From: Iphione sp. A-MEVVRFRX5
Lineage: Eukaryota
DNA length: 64,000 nt
Direction: 5' to 3'
Assembly: GCA_976226885.1 (NCBI GenBank)
Contig: OZ320317.1
Location: 43,400,001-43,464,000 of the forward strand
Below the pieces are notes generated by a model that made no database searches, had not been told where the DNA came from, and saw nothing but the letters and a program-made list of their open reading frames with translations. Of the stretch, positions 25,554 through 38,699 are shown one piece after another; positions within the stretch are counted from its first letter, which is position 1, and the number at the start of each line of letters is the position of its first letter. A program made the translations under genes and the position numbers.

Positions 25554-28500
25554 CTAAAAACGCAAGAATATTGCATCAAGGCAGGGTGAGTACTAACAAC
25601 AGGTCACATGAAGGTAACAGCAGCAAGGGGCGGTTAACAAAAAGAGACAAATTAATAAGTTGGCGTGTTTAATGACTAAGACCAACAAATATATCATGGA
25701 CAGTAGGTAAGATGGCTTAAACGGACCTTGGGGCGTTATTTGCACAAGGTTCCACCTGATCCTAGGATTGCTGAAGCTAGCGCCAACCACATCTCACATC
25801 TTATGTCTTACCTTAAATAAAACTCGTTAAATCATTCATAGAGATGCAATAATACAAATCATAGCATCATTTAAATGGAGGTGATGGGCAGGGGGCATCA
25901 CACTACACTATCAAGCAGCACCGATCTTCATCGGGCATCCCCAAAATCAACAAATCGTACCTGTATCGACGTTTTCGCATGATGTGAGCAACATAGATGT
26001 CTCCCTTGTTGACTTGCTTGTTCTGAAAAAAAAAGAAAATCCACATTATCATACACTGCTTCCTCCTAGACGCCTCTAAGAGATGCAAGTAAGCCTTCAT
26101 TATAAGGTCCACTTTCCATGTGTATGGATTTCTCCCCCCGACTCCGCGTACATGTGTACAGGAAAAAAACAAGCTGAGGCATTCAGCCTGAGACTATTCC
26201 GTGTGTACATACTGTGGGGGCGCGGTCCAGTTCTAGATCGGTCTGTGGACCAAAAAATTAACACTGTCTATGCAGTGTAGCTGTCTTTCAATTCTGGACC
26301 CTGGAGACCCACAAGGACCAGTATGGAAGCATCATATGTTGTCGCTCAATATGATATATGATCATATACCCTTCTCATTGACTTTCATGGAAGAGTCTGA
26401 TCACAAAAATCACAACAAAGGCATCAGTTGGACGCCGACACTTCACAATGCTGAAATGATTTTCGTCTGTGACGGCTTACTCTTTACTATTGCCAACTAC
26501 GTTGGTTGCTACACCAGTGCCACACAAACCAATGGCAATTTAACTGGTCATTTTCACTATGGTCCTATTTAATGCGTTACTGGCAGCGGCCCTCCCTCCG
26601 ATCCCAAGAGTACCATCACCCAACCAATAATCAGGGAAGCCCCCTGCAACCCAATCCTTCACTTCTATTCGCTTTCCCCACACCTGAGACAACCAGTGAA
26701 CACTTGCTCTGCATAGGGTGCTGAAGGAAATCATGTTTTTAGCACGAAAAGTGGCAAATTCAAACAGCTGAATACGTCTCCGATTAGTACTATGGGAAAA
26801 GTCTAGACCGGAACCAGTTTCTGTTTAATAAACAATAGATTCTGAGTGTTTTCACTTGAAATTTGAAGGGAGTTTAGGTCTAATGAAGCTGGTCATGACG
26901 ATATGAAAATAGCGTATGAATAAATAAATTATCGGACAAAGTGCTTCTGCTTATTTATAGATATGGAATACATGTAAAGCCACTGTAAATTTCAAAGGAA
27001 ACGGTACAATAGTTTGTTTGTCTGGTATATCTTAAGCATTGTGACTGATAATAGCATGTGCCAATCTACATAACAACAGTAAGTAGAACTCCCCTGAGCT
27101 TCGTTGCCCTACCTCTACCATTGCACATTGACAATACCTGAATGAGAAATCATATGCATTTTACCAGAGGGGTATTAGGTCTTACCTTTGTTGTGTCAAA
27201 ATTGCAGAAGCCCATTGCTTTCATCATTTCAATTTCTTCATCTGTTTTCCCCTTGAGCTGGGACTCTGAAACGAAAAAAAAGTAATGTTTTTGTCATATG
27301 ATAAGAGGTAAACTGCGATGATTCTAGGCCTATTTCTTGTTTCATGACTGCTTGTTTATAACACTCACTCAAGCATCAAACAATGTTACTTTCTAAACTT
27401 GAACAACTACAATACCCCACCCTATTGCAGCACTGTTTCGTGACAAATTACTCTACCTGCAATACCAAGGTGATGAAATATTGAGGGAACTTTACATTAA
27501 ACAGCTTAATTTTGTAAACAGATATTTTGCCTACAATAGGGAGCGTGGGGGGATTGCAATATACATGTACATGTATTTGATAAGTGTGTTATTTTCCTGG
27601 GAGGAATCTGCTACTAAGAAATAGTTTTGAACGTGAAAAATAACCAAAAAAACTTACCATCTATCTCTGGTCGTTCTACTGGGATATTTTTGGAATGCTT
27701 CGCCGATGAAGATGGCAAGGGTGACAGTGACCTATAAAGGACAAATATATTGCCGGCTATAAACTGGCTTGTTTCACTGGCTGTCAAATGAAGACCGCAA
27801 CATGGGAATCGGAGAAACAGACGTGACCCCCTCCCTCACCCCCTTTGAGTGTCAGACCCCTTCGCTCACCCCCTGCGACTGTCAGACCCTGTCCCACATC
27901 CCGTAAGCTCAGCAGCATCTCTCCCCAGATGCCTGAGACGATCAGGCCTCTTCCTTCATCCCACTCTCACCTTCTTGCATGCCTAGCCCCACCATCTGTG
28001 CTGTAACATGTCCAGATGTCCGCTCATCTCTGTTTGGTCACCGCTACTGCTGACAGCAGTGGAGATCAGCCAACTCCTACCACTTCTACTTCTCTAACGG
28101 AGTGCTGATCTGCACTGATAATCCATATGGTATGCGTGGATTTGTGTCAAAACTATACAATAAGACATTGGTAGACATGTATTTATAACATGTAAAGTAA
28201 GCAGATTATCGATGAGCTGATTGATGAATTTGAGAGATAATCTCTAAATCCATAGAATATTCGCTCTCAGTTGAGATGATCACACCAAAACATGTTGCTG
28301 TGAACTATTTAGGGACAATGCAGTTGTTGACAAAGAATTAACAAAAAGATAGCTAGTATGACAGTGTTATGGGTCATTTTTTTGAAGCACTACATCTTTA
28401 GTTACACTTCAACGTTTGAAGAGGTTGATGAGACCTGAAAGACCAGCCTGAGTTGTTTTCGTTTTCATGGAGCAATTTTCTTTAAACTATATATTTTTTC

Positions 28501-31500
28501 AATAAAAGTGGCCGCATTGATAGTCCATATGCTTTACTCAGATACTGGATACTAAAACTCTACATTACATCAGTACATGTATATCATGAAACGGAACACA
28601 GAGGATGGTAAAATACTCTATATGACTTTAATAGTCAAGTAATATACAAGCTTGCCTACCTTCTTCTACCCGGTGGTGATCTGAAAGTAAAAGAGAATGC
28701 CCATGTAGCAAAAGCAGACAGGAGGCAGCTAACACTGATTCGAATATGGACCGTACATTCATGGCAGCATTCACAATCCGTCTCCTTGATCTAGAATGTC
28801 ATTATTTTGAATTTTTTAAATACAATGAATGAAAGACGAATCTCTACCTTACAATATAAGCACACAATGAAATGGGAGGGACTAATTTCTGTCACCTGAT
28901 GGTATCACTCCTAGGATGGCAATATAAACAGGAGGTATGACTACCACATTCCGGTAGTCATAACAAGGCAGCTTCTTGTGCTCTGACTAGCTAGCTCTCG
29001 AATTTTTTTTATCTGCAATGTCATCCTGGTCTGTGGGCTGGAACCAGTTCTGCAAAATCTTGCTAAACTGTTGCCATATTCATGTTGGGGTCATCGTTTA
29101 CAAAGCCTGGTGATAGTCAAACTAGGAATACATTTGCGTGCTTGTGTGTGATCGCATGTATGCACACACGCATGGTACATTCTCAGTTAAGTGTGACATT
29201 TTGGCATGAGAAAAGGTAACATTTGTCATTCTACAGAATGATCTACCATACATGTTTCCTAAAACTAGAACACAACAGGGACCTATGCTAAAAAAAATTA
29301 GCATTCACGGTCATGACTGATCAAATTTGTGTATTACTGAAATTACTATGCTTTTTTTTAGATACCAACTGATGTGATTTACGCTATATAAGCCATATTT
29401 TATGAAGTACAACTCATTTTAATCTAAATTCATATTTTAGATCATTTATATTGTGCTCTTTGTAAGAAGACCTCCAGCAAACGACAAAAACTTTAATGGA
29501 GGAAGAGTAGAATACATGTAATAAGAAATACAAGTCACTTAGAATATGAATATATTAATAAGTTAATTCTTCATAAATTTTCACGATACTGATGATTTAA
29601 TTAGTGAATAAACTTTTAATCATAGAGAAATATCAAATCTACAGATGCAAGGAAATATTGACAGATTTTCAAACAGATAAACACTCAGCTTTGGATACAT
29701 AGATTATCGTAGACCATAAATTCTATATTTTCCTGGTATCATCAGTAAAAGACCTTGGTAGCAGGATGTCATAAATGACTAATTGATCGGATGTTTATCA
29801 GTGATTTCTACTAATGAGGTTTGATAGGTATATTTACTACTGTTAAAGGAAGAACATGAGTGAATTTTATCAAATTGAACAATGTTTAAGATATTTACTA
29901 ATTGACATAATTAAATCATGTTTAAAAAATGTCATTACATGGATTTGCAGGAGCGGAAAGAAAGAGTTGTATTAAAAAGAAAATGTTTGCAATAAGCACA
30001 CTGCTGAAATAACCAATGTGGTTATAGATTGTCAAATTTAGGTTAAATGTTTATTTATTGTCAATAAATTGTAAAGTCTATATCTTCCAATAAATTACAG
30101 ATGTTATATACATTAAAAGTTAGAAATAATCACTTTCTATTTAGGATAATTGGTACACGGGATCATCTGACAGGTTATGAATATTTCTGTCAGCTTAGAA
30201 ATTGCCTTAATGTTGTTTGTATTCAGTGGGATAATGCCTAGGACATTGCTGTCAGGGGTACAGTAATTTAACATCTACATTTTTTCAATCTGAATATAAA
30301 AGCCTTTTGGTTTGAAAAGATAGTGCAAATGACAGGGTATAGCGTACATGACAACACACATAAAATTAGAATTATATCTGAAACGAGAAAAATAATGTAT
30401 GAAATGCAGTCTTATCATAATAACTGTAAAAATCTGTGCAAACTTTGTAAATATTGCCCATTATCTACATCAGAGTGAACAAAATGGCCAAAATGACAGA
30501 TAGTGTAAATGACAAAAAGTGAATCTTTTTTGTATGAATTTTAAAAATGAAAATTCCATAAAACAACAAGTATTCTGACAATACGATACAGAGACAGTTT
30601 CATTGTATCAATAGCAACTCAACTGCAACCCAATGAAGTATCAATAACCTGAACTGTTTAGTTCACAAATATATTCAATGTATTTATTTTTGTAGTTACC
30701 CTAGCTTTGGTGGAGGGTGACTTAAACTCTAGCGAGCCTAAGTCTTGGAGCAGAGGAGAGATGTTGAGATGATCACATAGTGTGCATACATCGATGACAT
30801 CATCAGTATTTTAGGTAAGCTGACAAATGTGAGAATGCTGGCCACTAGAACATTAATCAGTGGAGAGAACAGTGTTAAGTGCTGAGCACTGCAGGGCAGG
30901 GTCCAATTGAGAAGGAACATGCTCTCTCCTACATTCTGAGACTTAGGCTCGCTAGAGTCTAAGCCACCCTGTGCTAAAGCTAGGATAACTACAAAATGCT
31001 ACCTCACTGTCTCTCCACTCGTAGAAAACATGTTGAGATGTTCAGGACCTGCCTGCATTCCCTAAGGAGTGAAACTAGCAGCTCCCCAGCAAGAGAGGGT
31101 ACACTCACATTAGACAATGTGCTTGAGATAAAACTAATGAAACATGTTTTTGTCAGCCAATATGCCTCTCTTCAGGATTTTTTGGATGGGCATAGCTTAG
31201 TTGTGTTTGAGAGGAAATTGAATCTGATTAGCCCCTATCTCATGACAGTTAGCTAAGTTAATGTTCTACACTGTTTGTAACCTCCCACATAATGCTTACA
31301 ACACCAACATGAAGAGTGAATAGGAACCAAGGACCTAAGGTGACCAATAACAAATTCAACATCACAGGTGTATTCAAGCTGAGCTTGAGGAAGACAAGGG
31401 TTGAACATTCCAGCTATGACTCTGTTAGGAAGCCAATGCTGACCAAAAGGGACTTTTTGAACCTTCTTAAGAATGGCTGATAGGACACTTGTTGCTGTAT

Positions 31501-34500
31501 TGAGGGCACTATAATAATGGCCAGATTTGAATAAATGGTGCAAAGATTAACGTATGCTCAAGCTTTGGATTCAGTGGGTCAATGTTCTTCGTCATGCTGA
31601 AGCCTGCCAGCAATATTGCCAAGATGAAGATGAAGGCTCTGAGCAGGAGCCGAAAGCTTGCATAGCAACCACTTACTAGTAATAAAGCCAATTTCTGTCT
31701 AAAGAGATTGTGGTTCTTCTTCCTTGAATACTTGCTAAGATGTGTATTGCAGTCTGGCAGATCTTCTCCAGGAATCCATAATGTATCTCCATAGCAGGTT
31801 TTTAGTTTAAGATTTGTCTATGCATCTCCTGAGAAGTGCACTGCCAACAATGGAATTGAGTAGATGTCCCGAATGTCATTGTTGTTGTAGACACTGAGTA
31901 GATAATTGGGTTTGGCTGGGAACTGGATCATGGCTTGAAGAGATTGACCTGCCGCTCTGCATCTTCATTAAAGTTTTTTGACAAAAATTGGCTTCAGTGG
32001 TCTCAACTTCTGGGATATGTGCAGCTGTAGCCCAGGCATTGCATTCTCCAAGAATCCCCAGATCTTCCTTGTTAAGTTGTCACACAATTGAAACTTAGTA
32101 CCTACTTGCTTATTTAGATAAGCCACCACTGTAATGCTGTTCAACCAGATCAGAATGTCAAAATCCGTACTGATAAAGGTGTTAAGTCCTAACTCAATGG
32201 CTTTCAACTCAAGGGCATTAATGTGCCAACATTGTTCATCTGGCAACCACTTTCCTCCTGTAGAGGTGGAGCTGATGATGGCACCCAACTAAGCCTTGAT
32301 GTAGCCATAAGTAAGAGCTCCCTTAGAGCATGGACCCTTATTGGTCTGAAATTGTTCTGAATCTTCATTAGCCACCACAACAGGTCACATATGTAAGAGA
32401 AGGTCATCAGCACCTCAAAATTCTTGTTGTTTTTGATTGAGGTCCAAATTTTGTCTTTTCTAAGGCCTTCTAATGTCCAAACCCATATTGGGCTGCATTA
32501 GTGAGATCAACTAGGTCCCTACCAATGATATGATGTGTCTGATGGAAAAAGAACAGCCTCTCTGCACCTCTTTAATTTGTGGGATGACACTGTCAATTTT
32601 GGATTGGAGGGCTGTGATCATCATGATTGTAGAATCTAGGTAATAGCCCAGGAACTTCAACTGTTGGGTAGGAATAGGGTGGGACTTCTTCCAATTGATG
32701 TTGAACCCAAGGTTTGACAATAGATCAGCAATGGCTTGCACCTATGTGGAACATCTCTTCAGTGAAGGAGCCATTATAAACAGATCATCAAAATAAGCCA
32801 ACAAATCATGTCCCTGTTCATGTAAACTGGCTAGCAGTGATTTTAAAAGCTTGGTGAAAGTCTGGGAGCAAATGTGAGTCCAAAACGCATAACAATGTAA
32901 CAGTAAAATTGGCCATTCCAGGAGAAAGCTAGGTAGTTTTGGTAATTTGGATGCACACCCACTGCATGATATACACTCCTGAGGACCATGGAGGCCATCT
33001 AACAGTTCTTGTACAAAGTGTGTGCCACTGATTGGAAGCTGTCCATCTTAAAGTGGACAAAAGGCATACATTTGTTCATACAAGCAATTCATAATTCATA
33101 CAAGTCTAAGACAATATGCAGTGACCCATCAGGTTGACCTCTCGGAAAAATACAGGACTGAAAAAGTGAAGGAGGGAGGTTGCAGTACTTCCTCCACCCC
33201 TTGAGTAAATTTAACAAACTCAAGACCAACTGACTTAAATAGCTTAAGGAACCTTCTGGCTGGAGGCTGGCATTTAAACTACAACCAAAACCAACCATCT
33301 TCAGAACACAGTACAAACTGAATGATATGAGCATAGAGAAGATCGTCAAAACAAATTGAGAGATCCTGAGGAAATCGAAAAAAACAAGAGACCTGGCAAA
33401 GGATGCCCTGATCATAGCTTATAAAAGACCCAAGAACCTAAGAGACACACTAATAAGAGCCAGATTCATAGACACCAAACAAACCAAGGACAAGAAAACC
33501 AGTGCGAATGCATGCACCAATCGTCGTTGCAGATACTGCCCCAAGTTGAACAAAACAGGCAATATAACCTGTAAATACACAGGAAGAACATACACATCGA
33601 GGAGACACGTAACCTGCAACAGCAGCAACTTGATCTACCCATGCAGCCACTGCAATACAGGCTATGTAGGCAAAACAAATTTGAAACTTAAAGAAAGATT
33701 CAAACACTACCTGTGTGACATAAAGAATAGGAAAGAGAAAAACCTAATCACTGAACATTTCAACACCAACCCCTGCAACAAAGACAACTGTTTGACAATA
33801 ACAGTACTAGATTTCATTCATGCTGCACCGGAATCAGACACAGCAAAAATGCTACGAAACAGACTTGAACAAAAATGGATACACAGACAACGAACAATAT
33901 CACCTCAAGAACTCAACATCTTGGACAGAGAATACAGATGAAGCCATTTGCCTCGTCATAAAAGAACCTATAACCAGTAACCCTTATCACACAAAGGTAT
34001 GTTGGTCATTTGTTCTTTTCACTAGAAATAAATATAAACAATAAAAGCCAACAGGCTGTACTTTCCCATACATAAAACCCCTGTATTTTCAGTATACACA
34101 GGAGAACAACACACCATAAAACATTGGTGTATGATGAGAAAACTGTCGAAACCGTGTTATAGTGGTAAAAAAATTCAAAATTTAAATGAACTGACTCCAG
34201 TAAATTCTACACAGTGACACCTAATCAATGTTGCCCATGGCAAGAGTAATGCATGGAGGTAGAGGGGGAGTCAAGAAGCAGGCCACAACTTGGTCGCACC
34301 TCATAGAGCCAATAGAATAGCCACGTTTTAGTATTGTTTAACTACAACTTGATCCCATGAACAATTTCCAAACATCTGGATAGATGAAAGACATTACGAG
34401 ACATGAACTTTCTTAACAAACTTGCCAGTATCGAACAAGGCTAAATCTATTTTTGGACTGGCCTCATCCCAGTCCTGACTGTGCTCTGATGAAGTATATG

Positions 34501-37500
34501 CTTGGGACAGGTTATTCTTGTGGTAACCCATCAGTGGACCATGGGATATACGGCTGGAAATACCCACGTCTGTGCCTGCCACTGTAATATTTGCCAGAGC
34601 CTTGTCTGCCTGGTTTGCGTCAGTTGACTTTCTTGATCAGTTCGCTGACTGTCTCTAGTGTCTTCAGTGACTCTTTTAAGCTGTCACTGAGAAATAACTT
34701 ATGTGATGACAGATCAGCATTGGCACCAAGCCACTTGTACTCTTCTTTGAGCACAAAGCAAATATCCATGTAACAGGCCTCAAAGTTGGTCCCTCCAAGG
34801 AGACTTAAGGCATCAAATAGGTTATTCAGTACTAGCTGCAGCTTTGTGACCTCAACTTTTCCCTTCAGTAAGGCTGCCAAGCCCAAATGCATCACTAATT
34901 GCACTTCAATAAGGATTTGTCCCTCTGCTCATGTCCCTTTGGAAGAGTGGACCAAAATGTGTTGTTGACTTTTGTAAAGAAGAAACGCTTGAAATTAGCT
35001 GGTCTAGGGTACAATTCTCTCTTCCTAGTGAGCTTTAGTTCTCTCTTCTCAGTGAGTTTGGGTTCATCCCAGGACTTCAGGTTAAATTTGTTCACAAATG
35101 AAGCAGTATCTTCAGGTGTGTCCAGGCCCACTATGGCATCATGTTCCAGTTGCTCCAAAAACTCCCCAAAATTGTCTGCGGCATCTTTGCCATCAGACTC
35201 TGTGTGCTACTTGCTGGCATAGCATCAGTTTCGAAACAAAAGGAGGAGCCTCATCCTTGGAGTTATCATTCAGGGGAGCAGGGGATTGATCAACTAAGAT
35301 AGGAGCAAAGGAGTCCTCATCTTCCTCTTTATCATAAAGGCCTTCAAAGCAGGAGTTAAGCATATCAGCTATGGCATGAAACTCTCCATGGAGTCTGGAA
35401 AGCTCAGTCTTGAGGTTGCTACGATACCCAGCCAAGTTATCCCTGAACTCTGGCATGGTCTGGTTTAAAGTTATGACAGTGTCCATCATAACTGCTGGCA
35501 ATCTTGTGGCCTGGTCTTTGGTGCGGTCTTCTCCTTGGCAGGTATCTTGCCCTTATCTGGGTTAGCCTTGGAAGTACCCTTCTTCTTCACTGGGGGGACA
35601 GCCTCTTGCTGTCACGTTCTATCTGGACCTCTTCGACCATTGTGGTTAGAGGTTACATGACTAATGAATAAAGTCTGAGCAAGAGTCAAAAAACAACTTG
35701 GTTTGAAAGTAAAAGGACAAACAGTTCTGAATTCACTTACTGCAATGCAAAACTTGCCCAGTATCTCAACCACTAAGATGCAGATAGGGGATCACACAGA
35801 GACAGTACCTGGGGATGCAACCCTTAAATCAATGCACAACCCAACAACTGTAACATGACAGGTGCAGCACAGCCAGATTCTTCCTCTGAGTGGGCCAGAT
35901 AAAGCTTTTGGAAAACACTACAACATGACTATGACATTAAATACACTATTTTAAAAAAGCTTCCATGACTAAGCAAATTTGGTCGCTTTTAGACACACTT
36001 CCATAAATTTGGGTTAAAACTAAAAAATTGGACCACAATTATGATATAAGTGGGTCAGTTTTAAACAATATTTAGAAAGAAAATGGGGATAAGTAGGTCA
36101 GTTTTTCAACAGTTTAAACAAACTTGGTCAAAATTAAGACATATGTGGGTCAGTTTTAGACGTTTAGACAAAAATGATGTTTATGGGTCAGTTTTTCAAC
36201 AATTTATGACATATTTGGTTAAACCAGACAAAGAAATGGTGAATTTAGTACTAGATAGGTCCAATTAAAAAACAAAATATCATGACGAGCCAGACAACAT
36301 TTTGGTGAAACGAGGTTAGCACTTGGGAAGCGTGGGCAGTGTGCAACTGTTAACAATTTGTATAGATACGAAATGACAACAAAACTCTTTATTTAACCAT
36401 TATACATGCTTCCTATCTGGTCAAAGGAACACGACCATCGTATTTTCTATAAAAAAAAAAATAAATAAACGATGCTCTTGGTAACATACCTGCCCCTGGG
36501 CCATCGTGATGGCGAAGGAGATCTTGAACGTCGACGATCCCTGGTAATAGCTGGCCTCTCCCTGTCTCTTTCCCGTTCTCGGTGTCTTTCACCACGCTCA
36601 ACACCTGTTCACAGAAACGCTACTTGATGTACATGTAACACTTTGGTTCCTGCATTTTGTTTAGTTGCTATATGAGTTGGCAACACTGTGCGCACAGCAA
36701 CTGGATAACTTTCCGTCAGCAAGAGTGCCGTCAAAAAAGACAAGAAATTGCTTATTCTTAATTGAGTTTCGCAATCTATACCTCGACTCAAAGTACACCT
36801 AATGCAAATATCACATATATATATTTGTCTACCCTTCTGGGCCATCAAGGTGGTGTGCTAGAATTTCATCCTTTCTTCATCAGAGGGTTAGATGAAAGTT
36901 CTGGTCTTGTGTATCTATTTATACTTTACGATTGATTATCCTCTCCTAGAAAAGCTCACTGATAAAGGAGAGAACAGACAAGAATCTTATTAGCACACAG
37001 AAGGTATTTCCTCTTTGAGTGAAAGTGTGGATTATGATACGGGCAGCAATGGCGTTGTTGTGTAAGCTGCGTGCATTCTGTGTTATGTAATTTCCTTGAT
37101 GTTGCAAACATTTATCATTATGATAACTTCAGAGACTAACTCACCCAATGCTTGCTGAGTGTATATTTCTTGTGTATAAGTTGGTTAATCCGTGCTGTTG
37201 TACACTCTCTTATCTAAGCTTTTTCAAGTGGAAATGAGTCAATGGAGTGCACAAAACAAAATATGAGTACGGAACAAAGATAGGGAGATAAACAATGTGG
37301 GCAATTGAAGGATCGTGCATATCATAGCAATAATTAAAGAACCCAGTAGGGATTTTCAAATTTCTACCATTTGTGGAGACAATCTATTGACCTGTCGAAG
37401 TCAGATGATCAAACCATGTCATGATGCTGAATACAAAACATTTCTATGATACATGTGATCGAACAATTGGTATAACTTGGTAACTGATAGATCTTATATT

Positions 37501-37596
37501 TACACTGTTGAATTAAGTATAAATGTAAACAACTTCCATAACCTTACCTCTTCTCCTTTCACGCTCTCTTGACCTCGATCTTGATCGCCGACCCAT
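25499..37596 (-). CDS. SNRNP27: U4/U6.U5 tri-snRNP 27 kDa protein; join(37548-37596, 36490-36604, 28660-28680, 27658-27731, 27186-27265, 25961-26022, 25499-25553), 456 nt, 151 aa
   Basis: Spliced by hand: all introns GT-AG and all phases compatible. N-terminal RS region ([16 protein letters not shown]...[10 protein letters not shown]) and the conserved C-terminus [21 protein letters not shown]...[23 protein letters not shown], which I recognise as the SNRNP27 signature. Confidence 0.96.
25961..26022 (-). CDS. SNRNP27: SNRNP27 coding exon 6 ([20 protein letters not shown])
   Basis: TTTTTTTTCAG| and |GTACGA; phase 0 to 2. Confidence 0.93.
27186..27265 (-). CDS. SNRNP27: SNRNP27 coding exon 5 ([27 protein letters not shown])
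   Basis: TTTTCGTTTCAG| and |GTAAG; conserved EEIEMMK-MGF motif. Confidence 0.96.
27658..27731 (-). CDS. SNRNP27: SNRNP27 coding exon 4 ([24 protein letters not shown])
   Basis: TCCTTTATAG| acceptor and |GTAAGT donor; phases fit both neighbours. Confidence 0.88.
28660..28680 (-). CDS. SNRNP27: SNRNP27 coding exon 3, 21-nt microexon (R-SPPGRR-R)
   Basis: CTTTTACTTTCAG|ATCACCACCGGGTAGAAGAAG|GTAGGC; frame-preserving, phase 2 to 2. Confidence 0.75.
30687..30996. mobile_element. About 310 bp MITE with about 60 bp imperfect TIRs
   Basis: TTTTGTAGTTACCCTAGCTTT...ACTCTAGCGAGCCTAAGTCT versus AGACTTAGGCTCGCTAGAGT...AAAGCTAGGATAACTACAAAA. Confidence 0.8.
30997..35900 (-). mobile_element. Decayed DIRS-like tyrosine-recombinase retrotransposon (gag, RT, RNase H, YR) inside SNRNP27 intron 2
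   Basis: Minus-strand fragments in DIRS order: gag-like (35640-34600); RT ([53 protein letters not shown]); RNase H ([23 protein letters not shown]); YR N-terminus ([34 protein letters not shown]). Many stops. Termini not resolved. Confidence 0.88.
33236..34188 (+). mobile_element. 5'-truncated Penelope-like element (GIY-YIG endonuclease) inserted in the DIRS RT
   Basis: [16 protein letters not shown]-x4-C-x2-C linker (CTNRRCRYC), [10 protein letters not shown]...YVGKT...LKERFKHY...EHF...LEQKWIH...SPQELN. Flanked by AACTGACT direct repeats (33228-33235, 34189-34196). Confidence 0.92.
36040..36290 (+). repeat. Degenerate tandem repeat
   Basis: GGTCAGTTTT recurs at about 44-50 bp spacing. Confidence 0.55.
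36490..36604 (-). CDS. SNRNP27: SNRNP27 coding exon 2 (RS/RE-rich)
   Basis: GAACAG|GTGTTG...GGCAG|GTATGT; 115 nt, phase 1 to 2; [37 protein letters not shown]. Confidence 0.9.
37548..37596 (-). CDS. SNRNP27: SNRNP27 coding exon 1 ([16 protein letters not shown]); acceptor at 37608-37609 implies an upstream non-coding exon
   Basis: ATG at 37596; donor AG|GTAAGG; acceptor TTCTGTAG 11 nt upstream of the ATG. Confidence 0.9.
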
Positions 37597-38699
37597 TCTT
37601 TCTCTATCTACAGAATAATAGAAAAGCAGTGCTGAGTGTTAGCAACATCCTGGGTGTTATGGGTGTGGGTTATGTTGTTTTGCTGTTGTTGTGGGGGGTG
37701 CTGCCATATGCACACCCGTCACTGGCTGTTGGTGTGGATTTTTTTAGGTTTTGTGTATGGGTGTACATCCGATGCATCTTTCTGAGGGGCTTTTGCTGTC
37801 CTCTTGCTTGCAGAGTAGGTGCTAATATAGTGGTTTTGGAGACCCAGTTCACACAATGTAGGGGCTGAATGCCCCACTTATGTGTGCCACAGCCATTGGT
37901 CACTAAGGCCTTGTGGGACATTTGTGGGGTGGCCTGGACACCCTTGTCAGGGTGTGCAATGCGTTTCATACTAGGAGGGTGGCTGAGGGGCCCAGCTTAT
38001 ACAATGTAAAGGCTCAATGCCCCACTTCTGCATACCACAGCTATTGTTGGTCTCCCACCTCTATGAGGATCCACACATCTATGATGGGCTTCATCTCTGG
38101 GTGGCTAGGGCAGCCTGGACTTCCCGGGAGGATGGGCTATGGGTGACGCTCAGACCCTTGTGGAGTTGAGGTAAGGTAGTAGAGCGTTGCATGGAAGTAT
38201 CTGTTTAGAGGTTGCTTTGGCTTTGTGTTGCCGTGGCAGAGGTCGAGGAACAGAGCAATGGGAAAGATTGCTGGAGAGAGAGATATATATAGTAGGAAGT
38301 AGGTAGTAGGTTCGGACCAGATCTAATTTTCTGAGGGGCTGTGTCATCCTACTGCCCATTTTCTGGCCCCGGGTGGATGTACTGATCCATTCAGTTTGTG
38401 TGTGGTGTCCCTTTGGCCATGGGTGGTTGGGCTGTGGTCTGTTCTAGAGGGTATATCTTCCAGTTAAGATCTTTAGCCCTGAGGTAAAATTTGTTCGGCT
38501 TTATTGCAGGAGAAACACCCCACCCCCCATTCCTCCTTTGAGGTCCTAAAACACTAAGGCTAACCATAGATTTAGGAATATGTAATAACCTGCGCATGTA
38601 GCCATCAAGGTGTTGACGTCCTAGTGCGTGCCTATTAAGGACAGTTCACTGTGACTGATGGCTGATATCCACTAATAAACTTCCTAATATTCACCACTG

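Noticed and set aside
37620-38620. GC-richer block in the SNRNP27 5' intron with several short ORFs
   Set aside because: No recognisable domain, termini or splice chain; possibly an old repeat but not supportable.
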